DNA of 64,000 nucleotides from Eledone cirrhosa (Eukaryota), in contig OZ024752.1 of NCBI GenBank assembly GCA_964016885.1, forward strand, positions 11,656,001-11,720,000. The letters are read 5' to 3'. The position numbers were made by a program, and so were the translations under genes. This document shows positions 13,162 to 38,256 of the stretch, piece after piece. Numbering within the stretch: the stretch's first letter is position 1; every line of letters begins with the position of its first letter. The notes under the pieces are model-generated. The model saw only the letters and a list, made by a program, of their open reading frames with translations. It was not told the DNA's origin and did not search any database.

Positions 13162-14143
13162 TCACAGGTATATAGAGACGCTTAACTGTCCATGTATACA
13201 GGCTTACATAGAAGGTGATTCATAAACATTGAATATATGAGCAGCTGAGTAGCGTAAATACACGTTAATTCTGGTGACGATTTTAGATTTCTATACGTGA
13301 AAGATGAGTACAAGATTGAAACTGATTGTATGTGTGGGGCTAAATAGGAGTATATATGAGAAATAGTTTCATATAATACATAAAAGTATTCCATTTGTTT
13401 TAGGATTGATTTAGTTGCGTGAGATTGAAGATAGCCCATGATTTGAGGCAATTAGCGGAGATTTTGAACATTCAACTTAGCATATTCAACTATACAGTCA
13501 TGCATAACTGACATATTTTTCATTTAATTGTGTAGACATGGTTCTATAATCACAAATCTACGGTTGATTTCTTCAATCGCTGCCCCCATGTCACCAAATA
13601 ATTTCTAAAACAATGGAAAATCCCATTTACACCTGGAAAACTATTCACCAATCTTTGATTCTACCAACTCCGTGGGCAAGCAGCCAATCTTATCCATCCA
13701 CTAGTTATTCTTTTTTTCTTGATTTAAACCATAACTAACACACACGCAGCACTTTTTATAACTTTACATCTACAATAGCCTTCCACTGATAAATCACCTT
13801 TCATATGGAGAACTTCAACCAAACTTAATAATCACTAGGCTACCCTATACTTATTGTATTTCACTAACTCTCCATATACTAACTTACAACTAACATTAAG
13901 TATTCCCAGAGCCGATTGTTCATATTATAATCTAACACCCGCAATGATCTGCCAGCTACTAATCAACTTACTCTTTAGAACCCTATAATCATCACCACGG
14001 CCAACATGACCTTACGATATTGACCTGCTCACATATTCAATTGTTCCATGGATCAATACAAGCAAGTATGCATGCACAATTAAACGTTTATATCTGCCTG
14101 GGAATATATATATATATTTGTATTGTTCATATATTGTTAGTTG

Positions 14144-14194
<51 letters not shown>

Positions 14195-14258
14195 CCCCCA
14201 TTTGAACCCAGGATACTCACACACACGCACACACACGCACACACACGCACGCACACAC

Positions 14259-14361
<103 letters not shown>

Positions 14362-14403
14362 CAATATATTAACAAATGGAAACTATATTTATAAAACCAT
14401 ATT

Positions 14404-14469
14404 TATTTCATTATACATATTTCAAGGGCCACCAAAGCAAACTAGGGTGCACTTTCATCAGATAAAATA
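14404..14469 (-). ncRNA. Type I hammerhead ribozyme
   Basis: tattttat CTGATGA aagtgcacc...ggtggccctt GAAA tatgta TA atgaaata. Confidence 0.75.
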
Positions 14470-14597
14470 TAATATAGGTTAATTTTATAAATAAATATTG
14501 ACATACCCTTAAAAAATGCAACCATTCTGGTTGGAATCTCCTTTATATCAGTTATAAAAATATTTAGCTTGTATCCCAACAAATTAAATATAACCTC

Positions 14598-14641
<44 letters not shown>

Positions 14642-14717
14642 TACTGTTCTAGCAATCTTAGTTCGGATATATGTGTGTATATATAAATATATATATATAT
14701 GCCTCGTCTTCCTCAAT

Positions 14718-14807
<90 letters not shown>

Positions 14808-14945
14808 AGTGTAATTTACTACACAAAACGAAGGTTATAGAGAAAATTGAGGTTGGTAATGGCACATGGAATATATAAGAGACAGAATACTTTTTTGTGA
14901 AAAAACATATAATTTTATAAGGTAAGGAAATAATAAAGGGTATAA

Positions 14946-14993
14946 AAAATGACCGGTTTCGATGGGTCTGCAAAAGCCATCTTTTCAAATGTT
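14946..14993 (-). ncRNA. Hammerhead ribozyme, U3-A8 core
   Basis: aacat TTGAAAA gatgg cttttgcagac ccatc GAAA ccgg TC atttt. Confidence 0.6.
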
Positions 14994-15005
14994 GATTAAT
15001 CAGGG

Positions 15006-15054
15006 GATTCCTGATGATTTCTAAAGAATGAAACAGTTCTAGTCCTGTAGAATC
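15006..15054 (+). ncRNA. Type I hammerhead ribozyme
   Basis: gattc CTGATGA tttc taaa gaat GAAA cag ttctagtc ctg TA gaatc. All three stems pair. Confidence 0.8.
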
Positions 15055-15137
15055 TCATCTATATTAAAACTGTTATACTCTGCAATGTATTGAGTACCTT
15101 ACTTACTGTGGTTACCTCCGATTCAACCCGGAATAAC

Positions 15138-15177
<40 letters not shown>

Positions 15178-15659
15178 ATTGAGGAAGACGAGGCTGTGTG
15201 GTTACTGATAACGAGTGTTAGAAGGTAAGGCGACCCAAACAAGAGAGAGATAGTTTCCCTTCAGCTGTTTACTACGGGCCACGGCGTGATACGAGCTGAC
15301 TACTTGCTCTACACATGGATGTGTATATACCAAAACATACACTATTTAGACGATACAGATGTTACAATTCAATCGATGCACGTATAGCAGAACGTTGAAC
15401 GGAATTTACTTGCGTGTGTATAGGGTTGTGGCTGACCCAATTTTTCTAATTTACATCGTGAAAATTGAGATTTGACCAATATAACATTTACTGTTTTGTA
15501 ACCTAACTTTCGGTGCATACTGTGTTGGTGTATATATTTTCTCTGACCTCGCGTCGGTGTGTGTGAGTGTGTGTGTGTACTCACTCACACTAATTGTGAC
15601 CGACCGAAATTCTATACATATATATATATACATATACTGTTTTTTTCTGACACACCAAC

Positions 15660-16038
15660 ATTTTTGGCAATTGACCTCATTGATTTTCCTAGATTTCATC
15701 AATGTTTTGCTTAACTTCCTGAATAAATTCAGGTGTCCTGATAGAATCAGAGCATTTGGAATGTTTTGTACGTTTTGATTCAGGTAATACGCTTCCATCC
15801 TCTTTCTCTAACTAACACCAAATCTTGTGGGCAAAAGATCTTGCAACTTTCAGAAAACGAGAAATTTCTAAATCACCATGCTTAGCCTCCAAAGCCACAA
15901 TCACAGCGTGCCTTTTCATTTCATTAGTAAGCATAGTTATTTTCATTGTTATTTTCTGAAACAGAAGTTCAATAAAAATTAGTCAAATAAAATTAATTAC
16001 TAAAAATGCATGTGTCCTCAAATACCCGCCGCACCCTG
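15660..16038 (-). mobile_element. Tc1/mariner-superfamily DNA transposon remnant (TIR + N-terminal HTH)
   Basis: The minus strand begins CAGGGTGCGGCGGG (TIR-like) and encodes MKRHAVIVALEAKHGDLEISRFLKVARSFAHKIW*, an HTH-like transposase N-terminus. Confidence 0.55.
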
Positions 16039-16444
16039 TGAGTGTGCGTTTGTGTGTGTGTCTGTGTCTGTGTCTGTTTGTCTGTGTGGTTGCATTTATA
16101 TTCTCCGTCTTTGTGTGCATGTGTAAAACATTTGACCACATTCAATCTACATTTTCAGTCTCTGGATTAACCAAAGGACTTCAAAATGTCAGCAAGTATT
16201 TACTTAAGCTACTAAAACCACAATATTAAAATGGCAATATGTGATCGACCTGTTCACATAGCAATATGGTCATTTCAAATATATTCAAAAGACATTTTCT
16301 TAACCTTTTACACTCTGTGATTCCTTCTTTCTTTCATTCACTTGTTCATTCAAATGGCCTCTATACTCATAATACATTATATTTGATTTTGTGAGTATAT
16401 GTCAAATACAACATGCTGGAGCCAGCAAATGTAGGAATAAATAT

Positions 16445-18170
<1,726 letters not shown>

Positions 18171-18889
18171 AAATGAGATAGATAGACAGACGAGAGAGCG
18201 GGGAGTGTAAAAAGGGAGAAACAGGGATAGGAAATGAAAGGGAGTTGAGCCAGAGAAACACGTCGATCACTATTTTACATTCTAAACATACTTTTTCACT
18301 TCGTGCTAAAATGTCTTCCAACACTGACAAGGGAATCTAATATTGCATTACTTCCGGGATTAGAAGTTATAAAATATGACATGAATACTGACATTTTTAA
18401 CAACTCAATGAAATTGATTCTGCCTATCGATTTATATGCTTGTTATACCTCATAGATTTAGTAGTCAAATTTCTCTTATATCATACTCTACTGGCTAAAA
18501 ATATAGGTAGTTACAGTAAACAATATGTGATTGAGTGACCATATTTGGTCAAAAGTCGGCCCGCCAGCGCTGACTCAGGGCGTAACAACAATATTAAGAT
18601 GTTGCAGCTTTTCTATAAATAACTGCAAACCTTGTTTAAGATTTACATTCTAATCTCAATCAAACATGTACACACCTTGTTAGTAGATTTGTGTAGAACA
18701 TTGTCTGGAAACTCATCAGATGAACTGTAGCTGTGATATGAATGCTATGCCCAGTTTCTTCACAGGTTAAATACGTTTAAAGTGTCCCCGGGCATTTATA
18801 CGTTTTATGGTTTAGAAGCGAAAGTGCAAAACCAACCGGCAAGAGACCCAGTGGGAAACCCCGAGCAAGATGGTTCCATAGCATCTATG

Positions 18890-19030
18890 AGCTTGGCTGG
18901 TCACACTAGGGGATCCAGCCGGATCAGTTGGAGACGGTTGCTTCTAACAGGACCCACTGGAAGGAGTGTTTGAGGACTCTTCCCACAAGTCTCTCTCGGG
19001 AATAGGTGGGCAAAGAAGAAGAAGATGAGG
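18890..19030 (+). mobile_element. 3' end of an RTE-like LINE with (GAA)n tail
   Basis: One frame reads GIQPDQLETVASNRTHWKECLRTLP (A.DR..W terminal motif), followed by gaagaagaag. Homologous to 57383-57680. Confidence 0.55.
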
Positions 19031-19073
19031 AAACGATTGCACCCACGGCATTTTGCAGGATTCTGGGATAATT

Positions 19074-19251
19074 TTTTCTACTTTTGGCACAAGGCCAGCA
19101 ATTATCACGGTGCATAACTGGTACTTTATTTTATCGACCCTGTAAGGATGAAAGGCAGAGTTAACCACGGCGTGATTTTGTACTCAGATCATAATGGCCG
19201 TAACTCTATGCTGCAAAGCATGGCGTCCAACCTTCTACCGATACTGCCAAT
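19074..19251 (-). mobile_element. SINE family 1
   Basis: Reverse complement of the 4103/58700 SINE. Confidence 0.85.
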
Positions 19252-19696
19252 GGGGAGGAAAAAGAACAGGCGCCACGATCCTGATTTCTGCAGGAGAACA
19301 TCGATATATCTTTAGATCCAAGACGTAATTCAAATGACTATAGCAGAGTAGGTTCTACTTAAGACAAACTACATCAGCCACCCACGAACAGATAGATTCC
19401 ATCCGACATATTTCTCTGTATTTCATTCACAAAGCTGGGATGAATCAGATGTTATGGTAAAAACGAATCTTAAAGCGGGACCAATTTTGGAACAAATACG
19501 ATTGCGAAACGATTTTCGTAACTAAACGGAAATATATGTCCTCATTAATCATACCGTCATACTATCGAGTAGGAAGTTTCTTTAATTGAACAATTGCAAA
19601 TAACCTGGAGCCAACGTAAGATCCATTAATCGCAAATAGATATTACAAACAATTCATTTTACAACATTTCATCATTATAATGTCGTTAAATCCAAT

Positions 19697-22114
19697 GACG
19701 GTGACGGTAATGGTGGTAATGGTGGTTGTGATGGTTGTGATGGTAATGGTGGTTGTGATGGTTGTGATGGTTGTGATGGTAATGGTGGTTGTGATGGTTG
19801 TGATGGTAATGGTGGTTGTGATGGTTGTGATGGTAATGGTGGTTGTGATGGTTGTGATGGTAATGGTGGTTAAGTTGGTTGTGATGGTTGTGATGGTAAT
19901 GGTGGTTGTGATGGTTGTGATGGTTGTGATGGTAATGGTGGTTGTGATGGTTGTGATGGTAATGGTGGTTGTGATGGTTGTGATGGTAATGGTGGTTAAG
20001 TTGGTTGTGATGGTTGTGATGGTAATGGTGGTTGTGATGGTTGTGATGGTTGTGATGGTAATGGTGGTTGTGATGGTTGTGATGGTAATGGTGGTTGTGA
20101 TGGTTGTGATGGTAATGGTGGTTGTGATGGTTGTGATGGTAATGGTGGTTGTGATGGTTGTGATGGTAATGGTGGTTGTGATGGTTGTGATGGTAATGGT
20201 GGTTGTGATGGTTGTGATGGTAATGGTGGTTGTGATGGTTGTGATGGTAATGGTGGTTGTGATGGTTGTGATGGTTGTGACGGTAATGGTGGTTGTGATG
20301 GTTGTGATGGTAATGGTGGTTGTGATGGTTGTGATGGTTGTGACGGTAATGGTGGTTGTGATGGTTGTGAAGGTAATGGTGGTTAAGTTGGTTGTGATGG
20401 TAATGGTGGTTAAGTTGGTTGTGATGGTTGTGATGGTAATGGTGGTTGTGATGGTTGTGATGGTTGTGATGGTAATGGTGGTTGTGATGGTTGTGACGGT
20501 AATGGTGGTTGTGATGGTTGTGATGGTAATGGTGGTTGTGATGGTTGTGATGGTTGTGACGGTAATGGTGGTTGTGATGGTTGTGAAGGTAATGGTGGTT
20601 AAGTTGGTTGTGACGGTAATGGTGGTTAAGTTGGTTGTGATGGTTGTGATGGTAATGGTGGTTGTGATGGTTGTGATGGTTGTGATGGTAATGGTGGTTG
20701 TGATGGTTGTGATGGTTGTGATGGTAATGGTGGTTAAGTTGGTTGTGATGGTTGTGACGGTAATGGTGGTTGTGATGGTAATTGTGGTTGTGATGGTTGT
20801 GATGGTTGTGACGGTAATGGTGGTTGTGATGGTTGTGATGGTAATGGTGGTTGTGATGGTTGTGATGGTAATGGTGGTTGTGATGGTTGTGATGGTTGTG
20901 ACGGTAATGGTGGTTGTGATGGTAATTGTGGTTGTGATGGTTGTGATGGTTGTGACGGTAATGGTGGTTAAGTTGGTTGTGATGGTTGTGATGGTAATGG
21001 TGGTTAAGTTGGTTGCGATGGTAATGGTGGTTAAGTTGGTTGTGATGGTAATGGTGGTTAAGTTGGTTGTGATGGTTGTGATGGTAATGGTGGTTGTGAT
21101 GGTTGTGATGGTTGTGATGGTAATGGTGGTTGTGATGGTTGTGATGGTTGTGATGGTAATGGTGGTTGTGATGGTTGTGATGGTAATGGTGGTTGTGATG
21201 GTTGTGATGGTAATGGTGGTTAAGTTGGTTATGATGGTTGTGATGGTAATGGTGGTTGTGATGGTAATGGTGGTTGTGATGGTTGTGATGGTTGTGATGG
21301 TAATGGTGGTTGTGATGGTTGTGATGGTAATGGTGGTTGTGATGGTTGTGATGGTAATGGTGGTTAAGTTGGTTGTGATGGTAATGGTGGTTGTGATGGT
21401 AATGGTGGTTGTGATGGTTGTGATGGTTGTGATGGTAATGGTGGTTGTGATGGTAATGGTGGTTGTGATGGTTGTGATGGTTGTGATGGTAATGGTGGTT
21501 GTGATGGTTGTGATGGTAATGGTGGTTGTGATGGTTGTGATGGTAATGGTGGTTAAGTTGGTTGTGATGGTAATGGTGGTTGTGATGGTAATGGTGGTTG
21601 TGATGGTTGTGATGGTTGTGATGGTAATGGTGGTTGTGATGGTAATGGTGGTTGTGATGGTTGTGATGGTTGTGATGGTAATGGTGGTTGTGATGGTTGT
21701 GATGGTTGTGATGGTAATGGTGGTTGTGATGGTTGTGATGGTTGTGATGGTAATGGTGGTTAAGTTGGTTGTGATGGTTGTGATGGTAATGGTGGTTGTG
21801 ATGGTTGTGATGGTAATGGTGGTTGTGATGGTTGTGACGGTAATGGTGGTTGTGATGGTTGTGATGGTAATGGTGGTTGTGATGGTTGTGATGGTTGTGA
21901 TGGTAATGGTGGTTGAGTTGGTTGTGATGGTTGTGATGGTAATGGTGGTTGTGATGGTTGTGATGGTAATGGTGGTTGTGATGGTTGTGACGGTAATGGT
22001 GGTTGTGATGGTTGTGATGGTTGTGACGGTAATGGTGGTTGTGATGGTTGTGAAGGTAATGGTGGTTGTGATGGTTGTGATGGTAATGGTGGTTGTGATG
22101 GTTGTGATGGTAAT
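19697..22114. repeat. 2.4-kb composite satellite of 9-nt words (gttgtgatg / gtaatggtg / gttaagttg)
   Basis: Direct inspection. Phase is kept throughout, which explains three long open frames. Confidence 0.95.
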
Positions 22115-22352
22115 GTTCACTATATTGGAAGAAGAACAAAGCATAAGGTAGCATAAGTAGTGTTTCTGACGATACCAATTAACGGAAACATAATTCAAGA
22201 TGAAATGAACATCTTAGAACGCTGCTGCTGAGGATAATAATGACGATCAGGTGGATATATTTATCCATTTAAAGAAATATATATATAATATATTATATAA
22301 TAGGTTGTTTTTAACAATGATAACAAAGGCAAGTTATTTTACATATCTCATT

Positions 22353-22480
22353 CATTGTTTTACGATCGTTTCGGAGGGTTGATCATATCGATATATTGAC
22401 TGAGCCAAAGCAGTTAGAGAACTGTATAATATCGGACATAATATATGGGTTCGAGCAGAGCGTCTTCTTCGGAAACAATG
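22353..22480 (-). ncRNA. Hammerhead-like motif, U4C core, ~90-nt stem II region
   Basis: cattgttt CCGAAGA ... GAAA cgatcg TA aaacaatg, with a perfect 8-bp stem I and palindromic stem III. The base of stem II is imperfect. Confidence 0.55.
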
Positions 22481-22565
22481 AAGTTAGAATCTTTACTTTT
22501 CTTTTTTTCCAACTATCACATCCTGGGTGTCTCGCTGGATGATAGGTGAATGGGTGAAGAGGGTG

Positions 22566-31862
<9,297 letters not shown>

Positions 31863-32092
31863 GAGGTTATATTTAATTTGTTGGGATTCAACAAGCTTTA
31901 AAATGTTTATAACTGATATAAAGCACTCAACAAGTTAGAGGAGTAAATATACAATATATTAATAAATGGAAACTATATTTATAAAACCATAATTATTTTA
32001 TTATATATATTTCAATATCTATCCAGCGAATTTCAACCGTTGAGGTTGTCTTTTTTCCGGGTATGTCAATATTTATTTATAAAACAAATCTG

Positions 32093-32158
32093 TATTTTAT
32101 CTGATGAAAGCGCACCATAATTTACCTTGGTCGCCCTTGAAATATATATAATAAAATA
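32093..32158 (+). ncRNA. Type I hammerhead ribozyme
   Basis: tattttat CTGATGA aagcgcacca..tggtcgccctt GAAA tatata TA ataaaata. Confidence 0.8.
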
Positions 32159-32196
32159 ATTATGGTTTTATAAATATAGTTTCCATTTATTAATAT

Positions 32197-32243
<47 letters not shown>

Positions 32244-32275
32244 CTATATACGTATACATGTATATATATATATAC

Positions 32276-32315
<40 letters not shown>

Positions 32316-32989
32316 ATCTATATACCTAAACATACGTATATATACGTGTGTATATATATATATACATACGAACATACACACGCACAAACACACACACACA
32401 CACACGCATATATGTGTATATATATATATTTATATATATATATATGTGTGTATGTGAGTGTGTGTATGTATGTACGTACATGTAGGTAGGTATGTGTGCG
32501 TAGCGTGTTTGTTTTAAACATATACAGTTTTCACAAGTCTAATTGATTTTAAAAACATACGCATACAACACAAGATCGTAGACACTAACCCCATCAGAAT
32601 GAAGTATGTAGTAACCTCTCTACAATTCGACTCGTGCTAAATTCAACTTCAAATATGTATTGATTTGTAAAGTAGACTTCTAAGTTGCTAATTATACAAT
32701 AATTTTGTAAATTCCGTTTTATTTTTCCTTCTTTTTTTATTCATTTTTGTAGGTGGGTGGGTATTTTTTTTTAATGTTCTGTTGATGTATTTTAATTGCT
32801 TGCTTCGTGTTTGACGTAAGATGGAATAATGCGGTGAAGGTAGATTTTTCTGCTGTGTGTATTTCTAATATTAAATTAATTTTCCAATATCTGTTCAAGT
32901 GGAATTGAAATGAGTGCCTCTTATTTCCAATGAAATTCAACAGTCTGGCGTGTTTGCTAAACAAATAAAGATCACTTTATATAAACCTC

Positions 32990-33453
32990 TCTTCTCTCTC
33001 TCTTTCTTTCTCTTTCTCATTCCCACCTTCTCACGTTGTTACCACGTTTGTTCACTACCACCACCTCTCCTACCCACACTCCACTCCCCTCATTTCAACG
33101 TTGTTTCTCCCTTCCCCTTCCTCTTCTTCTTCTCTATCGTTTCCCACATTGTTTTCTCTCGTTGTTCTTCTCTTCCTCTCACCCCCCCCCTCTCTCTCTC
33201 ACTTCCTCTCACTGTCAGCTACTCATTTATTATCTAATTCTTAATTACTATTTTCTTAATCCTCCAACTTTCTATTTTATAGCTACTCATCAACAAAACC
33301 CCTTCTCTCCCCCTCTGCCCATCTCTCACCCTCTCAACCCCTCTCAATTCCTCCGTCCCTCTTTTCGCTCTCTCCCCTCTTCCTCTATCTTTCTCTCTCT
33401 CTCTCTCGCTGTCTCTCACTTCTCAGTTACCCACTCCCCCCCCCCCTCTGCCA

Positions 33454-33504
<51 letters not shown>

Positions 33505-34956
33505 GCTCTCTTTCTCGCTGTCTCTCACATCTCACTTATTCTCTTTCTCCCTTCAACTTTCCCCTTTTTATAGCTACTCTCACCCCCTCTCACCCACTCC
33601 CACCCCGTCTCTCCCTTTATATCTCTCTCCCTCTCCCTCTCTCTCTTGCTGTCTCTCTCCCTCTCCCTCTCCCTTTTGCTGTCTCTCACTTCTCAGTTAC
33701 TCTCTTTCTTACTTCAACTTACCTCTTATATTTCTTTACTTTCTCCCCCCACCCCCTCTCTCTCTTCACCTCTATATCTCCCCTATATCTACTTTCCCTC
33801 TCTCTCTCTCTTACTCTGTCACCGCTCTCTCTATATATATCATGCTGCTACTCAACCGCTCTATTACTGCCCACGCACCTTCCCCTCTTTCTCTCTCTGT
33901 CTCTTTCTTTCTTTCTTTCTCTCTCTCTCTTTTTCATCTCTATTTCCTATTTCTCACTCTCTTTCTTTTACTCTCTTTTTTTCTCTATCTTTCTCTCTCT
34001 CTTTCTCTCTCTCTCTCCTTTTCATTTCTATTTCTCTCTCTCTGCCTTTTTCTCTTACCCCTCTCTCTCTTCTCCCACCACCACCACCACCACCACTACA
34101 CTCTCGTCTCTCCTCTCTACAATACTCTCCAACAACCAAACCCTTCTTCCTTCTGTCTCCCTCTCCTTTCTCTAACCCCCCACCTCCACCTCTTCTCTCT
34201 CTTCTCCCACCACCACCACCACCACCACTACACTCTCGTCTCTCCTCTCTACAATACTCTCCAACAACCAAACCCTTCTTCCTTCTATCTCCCTCCCCTT
34301 TCTCTTACCCCCACCACCCCCTCTCTCTCTTCTCCCACCACCACCACCACCACTACACTCTCTCCTCTTCTCTCTACAATACTCTCCAACAACCAAACCC
34401 GTCTTCCTTCTGTCTTCCTTTCCCTCATGTCTCTCCATCCATCTCATAATAACTCCATAACTCTCACAAAGTCTAACCCGTTGCTATCAAAACTAAAAGT
34501 CCTGGCACATCCGATGTAAAGACAATTAATTAGAAACCAAAATGAATTGCATGGTTAAAATCCATTTGAATAAATTACGAGTAATCAAATTCATTTTAAA
34601 AGAAATAGTAACAAGATAGAACAGAAAACAGATCAATAAATGTCAATACCAGAGTAAATTCCATTCTCCATCTACGACTCGGTTTTTCCATCTTTGCACA
34701 AGCCTTTATGTGTTTATATCTTTATACCTTTATACCTTTATATCTTTATGTGTTTATATCTTTATACCTTTATATCTTTGTGTTTATATCTTTATATCTT
34801 TATACCTTTATATCTTTGTGTTTATATCTTTATATCTTTATATCTTTGTGTCTTTGTCTTTATATCTTTGTCTTTTACTGTCTTTCATCCGCCACCCCCT
34901 TTTCTTTCTCTATCACTATCTCTACCTCTCTGTCTCTCTCTCTACCTCTCTCTGTC

Positions 34957-35034
<78 letters not shown>

Positions 35035-35387
35035 ATCGCTCTCTATATCTCTCTATATATAATATGTATACACAACTCTGTCGTCTCTTACTCTTTCTAA
35101 CTCTCTCTCTCTCTCTCTATGTCTCTCTCTTCCCTTGCTCTCTATTTGTCTCCGTTTCTCTTTTGTCTTTGTCTCTCTCTCTCTCTCGCGCGCGCACACA
35201 GACTCAAACACACATACACACAGACACACACACCACTCACTCGTTTTGTTTTATAGTTCTGTTTTGCTCAAATAACATCTTTTATTTTCTCTCAACTTTT
35301 CATTCACATCCTCTCCGCCATTATCTCAAAATATTTCTCTTTTAGTATTCCATAGTCTCTCTCTCTCTCTGCAACTTCCTCTCTCTC

Positions 35388-35467
<80 letters not shown>

Positions 35468-35580
35468 AATCTTCACACAGCCAGCTTTCTCTCTCTCCCC
35501 CTTCTCTCTCAGTCTTCACATAGCCAGCTTTCTCTGCATCTCTCTCTCCCCCCCTCTTTCTCTCCCCTCTTTCTCTCCGA
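32990..35580. repeat. Pyrimidine-rich (CT)n low-complexity tract with ~120-bp triplication (34040-34430) and (ATCTTT)n (34705-34875)
   Basis: Direct inspection. Confidence 0.9.
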
Positions 35581-35860
35581 CACTAATTGATGAGCAAGGT
35601 GAAGGAGGATAATGTCGCGATATAAAATTACATCTCAATTAATAAAAACAAAAAAAAATTAGAGAAATAAGAAAAGAAAATTAAATGTAAAGAGAATCCT
35701 CGATTTGAATTCATTTGAATATGGACCAATTAATGTCAAATTTGTCAGCCAATAGATGTTGTGCAGTGGTAAGCCGTTTGATCGCTTTTGCTAACCGCAA
35801 TATTATTTACAAGACATTCCAACAAAGGAGTTTCTACAGTTGTGTTTGTTCTCGTTTAAA

Positions 35861-36431
35861 CCTAGCTCAAAATTTGATCCAGCAACACCTAGCTCAAAAC
35901 TAATGCAGCAACAGCTAGCTCAAAACTAATGCAGCAACAGAAAGCTCAAAATTGATCGAGCAACACCAAGCTCAAAACTGATTGAACAGCACCCAGCTCA
36001 AACTTATCTACCAACACCCAGCTCAAAACTGATTGAACACCCAGCTCAAAACTGATCGAGCAACACCCAGCTCAAAATTTATCTACCGACAGCTAGATCA
36101 AAATTGATTGAGCAACGTCTAGCTCAAAACTGATCGATCAACACACAGCTCAAAACTGATCTACCAACACCTAGATCAAAATTGATCCAGCAACATATAG
36201 ATCAAAATTGATCCAGCAACACTTAGCTCAAAACTGATTCAGCAATGCTTACCTCAAAATTAATGCAGCAGTAGCTAGCTCAAAACTGATCGATCAACAC
36301 CCAGCTCAAAACTGATCTACCAACAGCTAGATCGAAATTGATCCAGCAACATCTAGCTCAAAATTGATCCAGCAATACCTGGCTCAAAACTGGTCCAGCA
36401 ACACCTCGCTCAAAATTAATCCAGCAACACT
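35861..36431. repeat. 26-bp minisatellite cctagctcaaaactgatccagcaaca, ~22 diverged copies
   Basis: Direct inspection. Copies are head-to-tail with no spacers. Confidence 0.9.
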
Positions 36432-36830
36432 TATAGCAAAAGACGTTCTATAAGTCGCCTCCCGGTCAATGTTGTATATTAGAGCCTACACTAAGCTATC
36501 ATTTGAGCTGCTTATCGTTGTGATCGCAGGTCAACACTGATTGAGCCGAGATATGATTAAGAGGCATTTCACATTTGACCAACTTATCCACTATTTTGTC
36601 TTTGTATTTTATACTACAAAGATATCAGCTCTTGACTCTACCTATTGCTGCTACTGCTGCTACTGCTGCTGCTGACCTGTAGTTGACATTACTTGCCGTG
36701 TCAGAGGAAGTACCAGTCCAGTACTCGAGTCGATTCTTCCATTATAAATCTTTCTTACCTCATCCATCTTTCTCTCTCTCTCTGCTTCTCTCTCTCTATC
36801 TATCTATCTATCTATTACACACACACACAT

Positions 36831-36878
<48 letters not shown>

Positions 36879-36999
36879 TCTTTCTCTCTCTGAAAGAAAT
36901 CCGTTATGTTGAGACCTGGTGAGAGAGAAACTCTACCTTACCAGATCTAAATGCGCCTCTACGAAATCACAACACAGGAAACATCTTAATCTATATACC

Positions 37000-37070
<71 letters not shown>

Positions 37071-37339
37071 CATGTATGTAGCTTGATAATCCTTTCATGT
37101 ACACTACTTGCCAATTATTCTGTCTTTCTCTCTAACGCCTCCTTTTTACAAGGACTATTGTTTCATTTTCCTCAGAGAATATATAGCAAAGAATAGTTTT
37201 TTCTAGATCTATCGACGTATAATGTCTTAATGTATATATTTCGGATGAATATTTAATTATCTTGTCATATATTTATCATTGTTTTATATCCATCTTACTC
37301 GTTTTATCTTGTATCTATATGTGAAGATAGTGTTGACAG

Positions 37340-37885
37340 AAATACACACGTACATAAACATACATACGTACATAAACATACGCAAGCACACACAAATATA
37401 TACACGCACATAAACATACACATGAATACACAAATATATACACATAAACATACACACGCACACACAAATTTATACACACACATAAATATACACGCACATA
37501 AACATATACACGCACATAAATATACACTTGCACACACAAATTTATACACGCACATAAACACTCACACGCACACACAAATGTATACGCGTATATGAACATA
37601 CACACGCACACACAAATATACACACGCACACACAAAAATATACACGCACACACAAATTTATACACGCACATAAACATACACACGTACACACAAATATATA
37701 CACGCACACATTTATACACGTGTACATAAACACACACACACGTACACACACATAAATATACACATATGCACACAAATATATACACACACGCACAAATACA
37801 CGTGTACATAAACGCACACACGTACACATACATAAATATACACATACACACTCATAAACACACACGCAAATATATACACACAGAC
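37340..37885. repeat. Degenerate (CA/TA)-rich minisatellite
   Basis: cacgcacacacaaatatata-like units. Confidence 0.85.
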
Positions 37886-38256
37886 AGCCCCTTTTGTCTG
37901 AGGAGAGAGAAGCAATAAATGGCATTAAGAAAATGAAGTTTTCATTAATGGACACTGAGAAACAATAACAAGACAATTTCAATCAATCTTGATCAGGTTT
38001 TGACCACAATCATCGTTTATTCACAAAACTATCTCCCGTTAAATCAACCAAGCTACCACTAACCACAATCTAATTGCATTCCAGACAGAATTGTTTAACT
38101 GAGTACCACAGAAATTAATAAGCGTCCAGCTGCGATAACTCCAAGATTTTGAGAGAATAAAAGAGAGTTTTAGTGAAAATCATTTAGGTTTCTATATTCA
38201 AAGATAAATGCAGTATTGACCCAACCATTGTAGACAACGGTAGACGTTATATAATG

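Noticed and set aside
13170-14100. Possible host exon or decayed transposon ORF
   Set aside because: No recognisable motifs, and the ORF track shows only short ORFs here.
19643-22198. 823-851-aa ORFs as a mucin-like or His-rich protein gene
   Set aside because: Fully explained by the 9-nt satellite, with no supportable gene structure. Kept only as a low-interest finding.
35725-35855. Enhancer-like cluster (CCAAT, AACAAAG)
   Set aside because: Short motifs are expected by chance in AT-rich DNA, and there are no conservation data.
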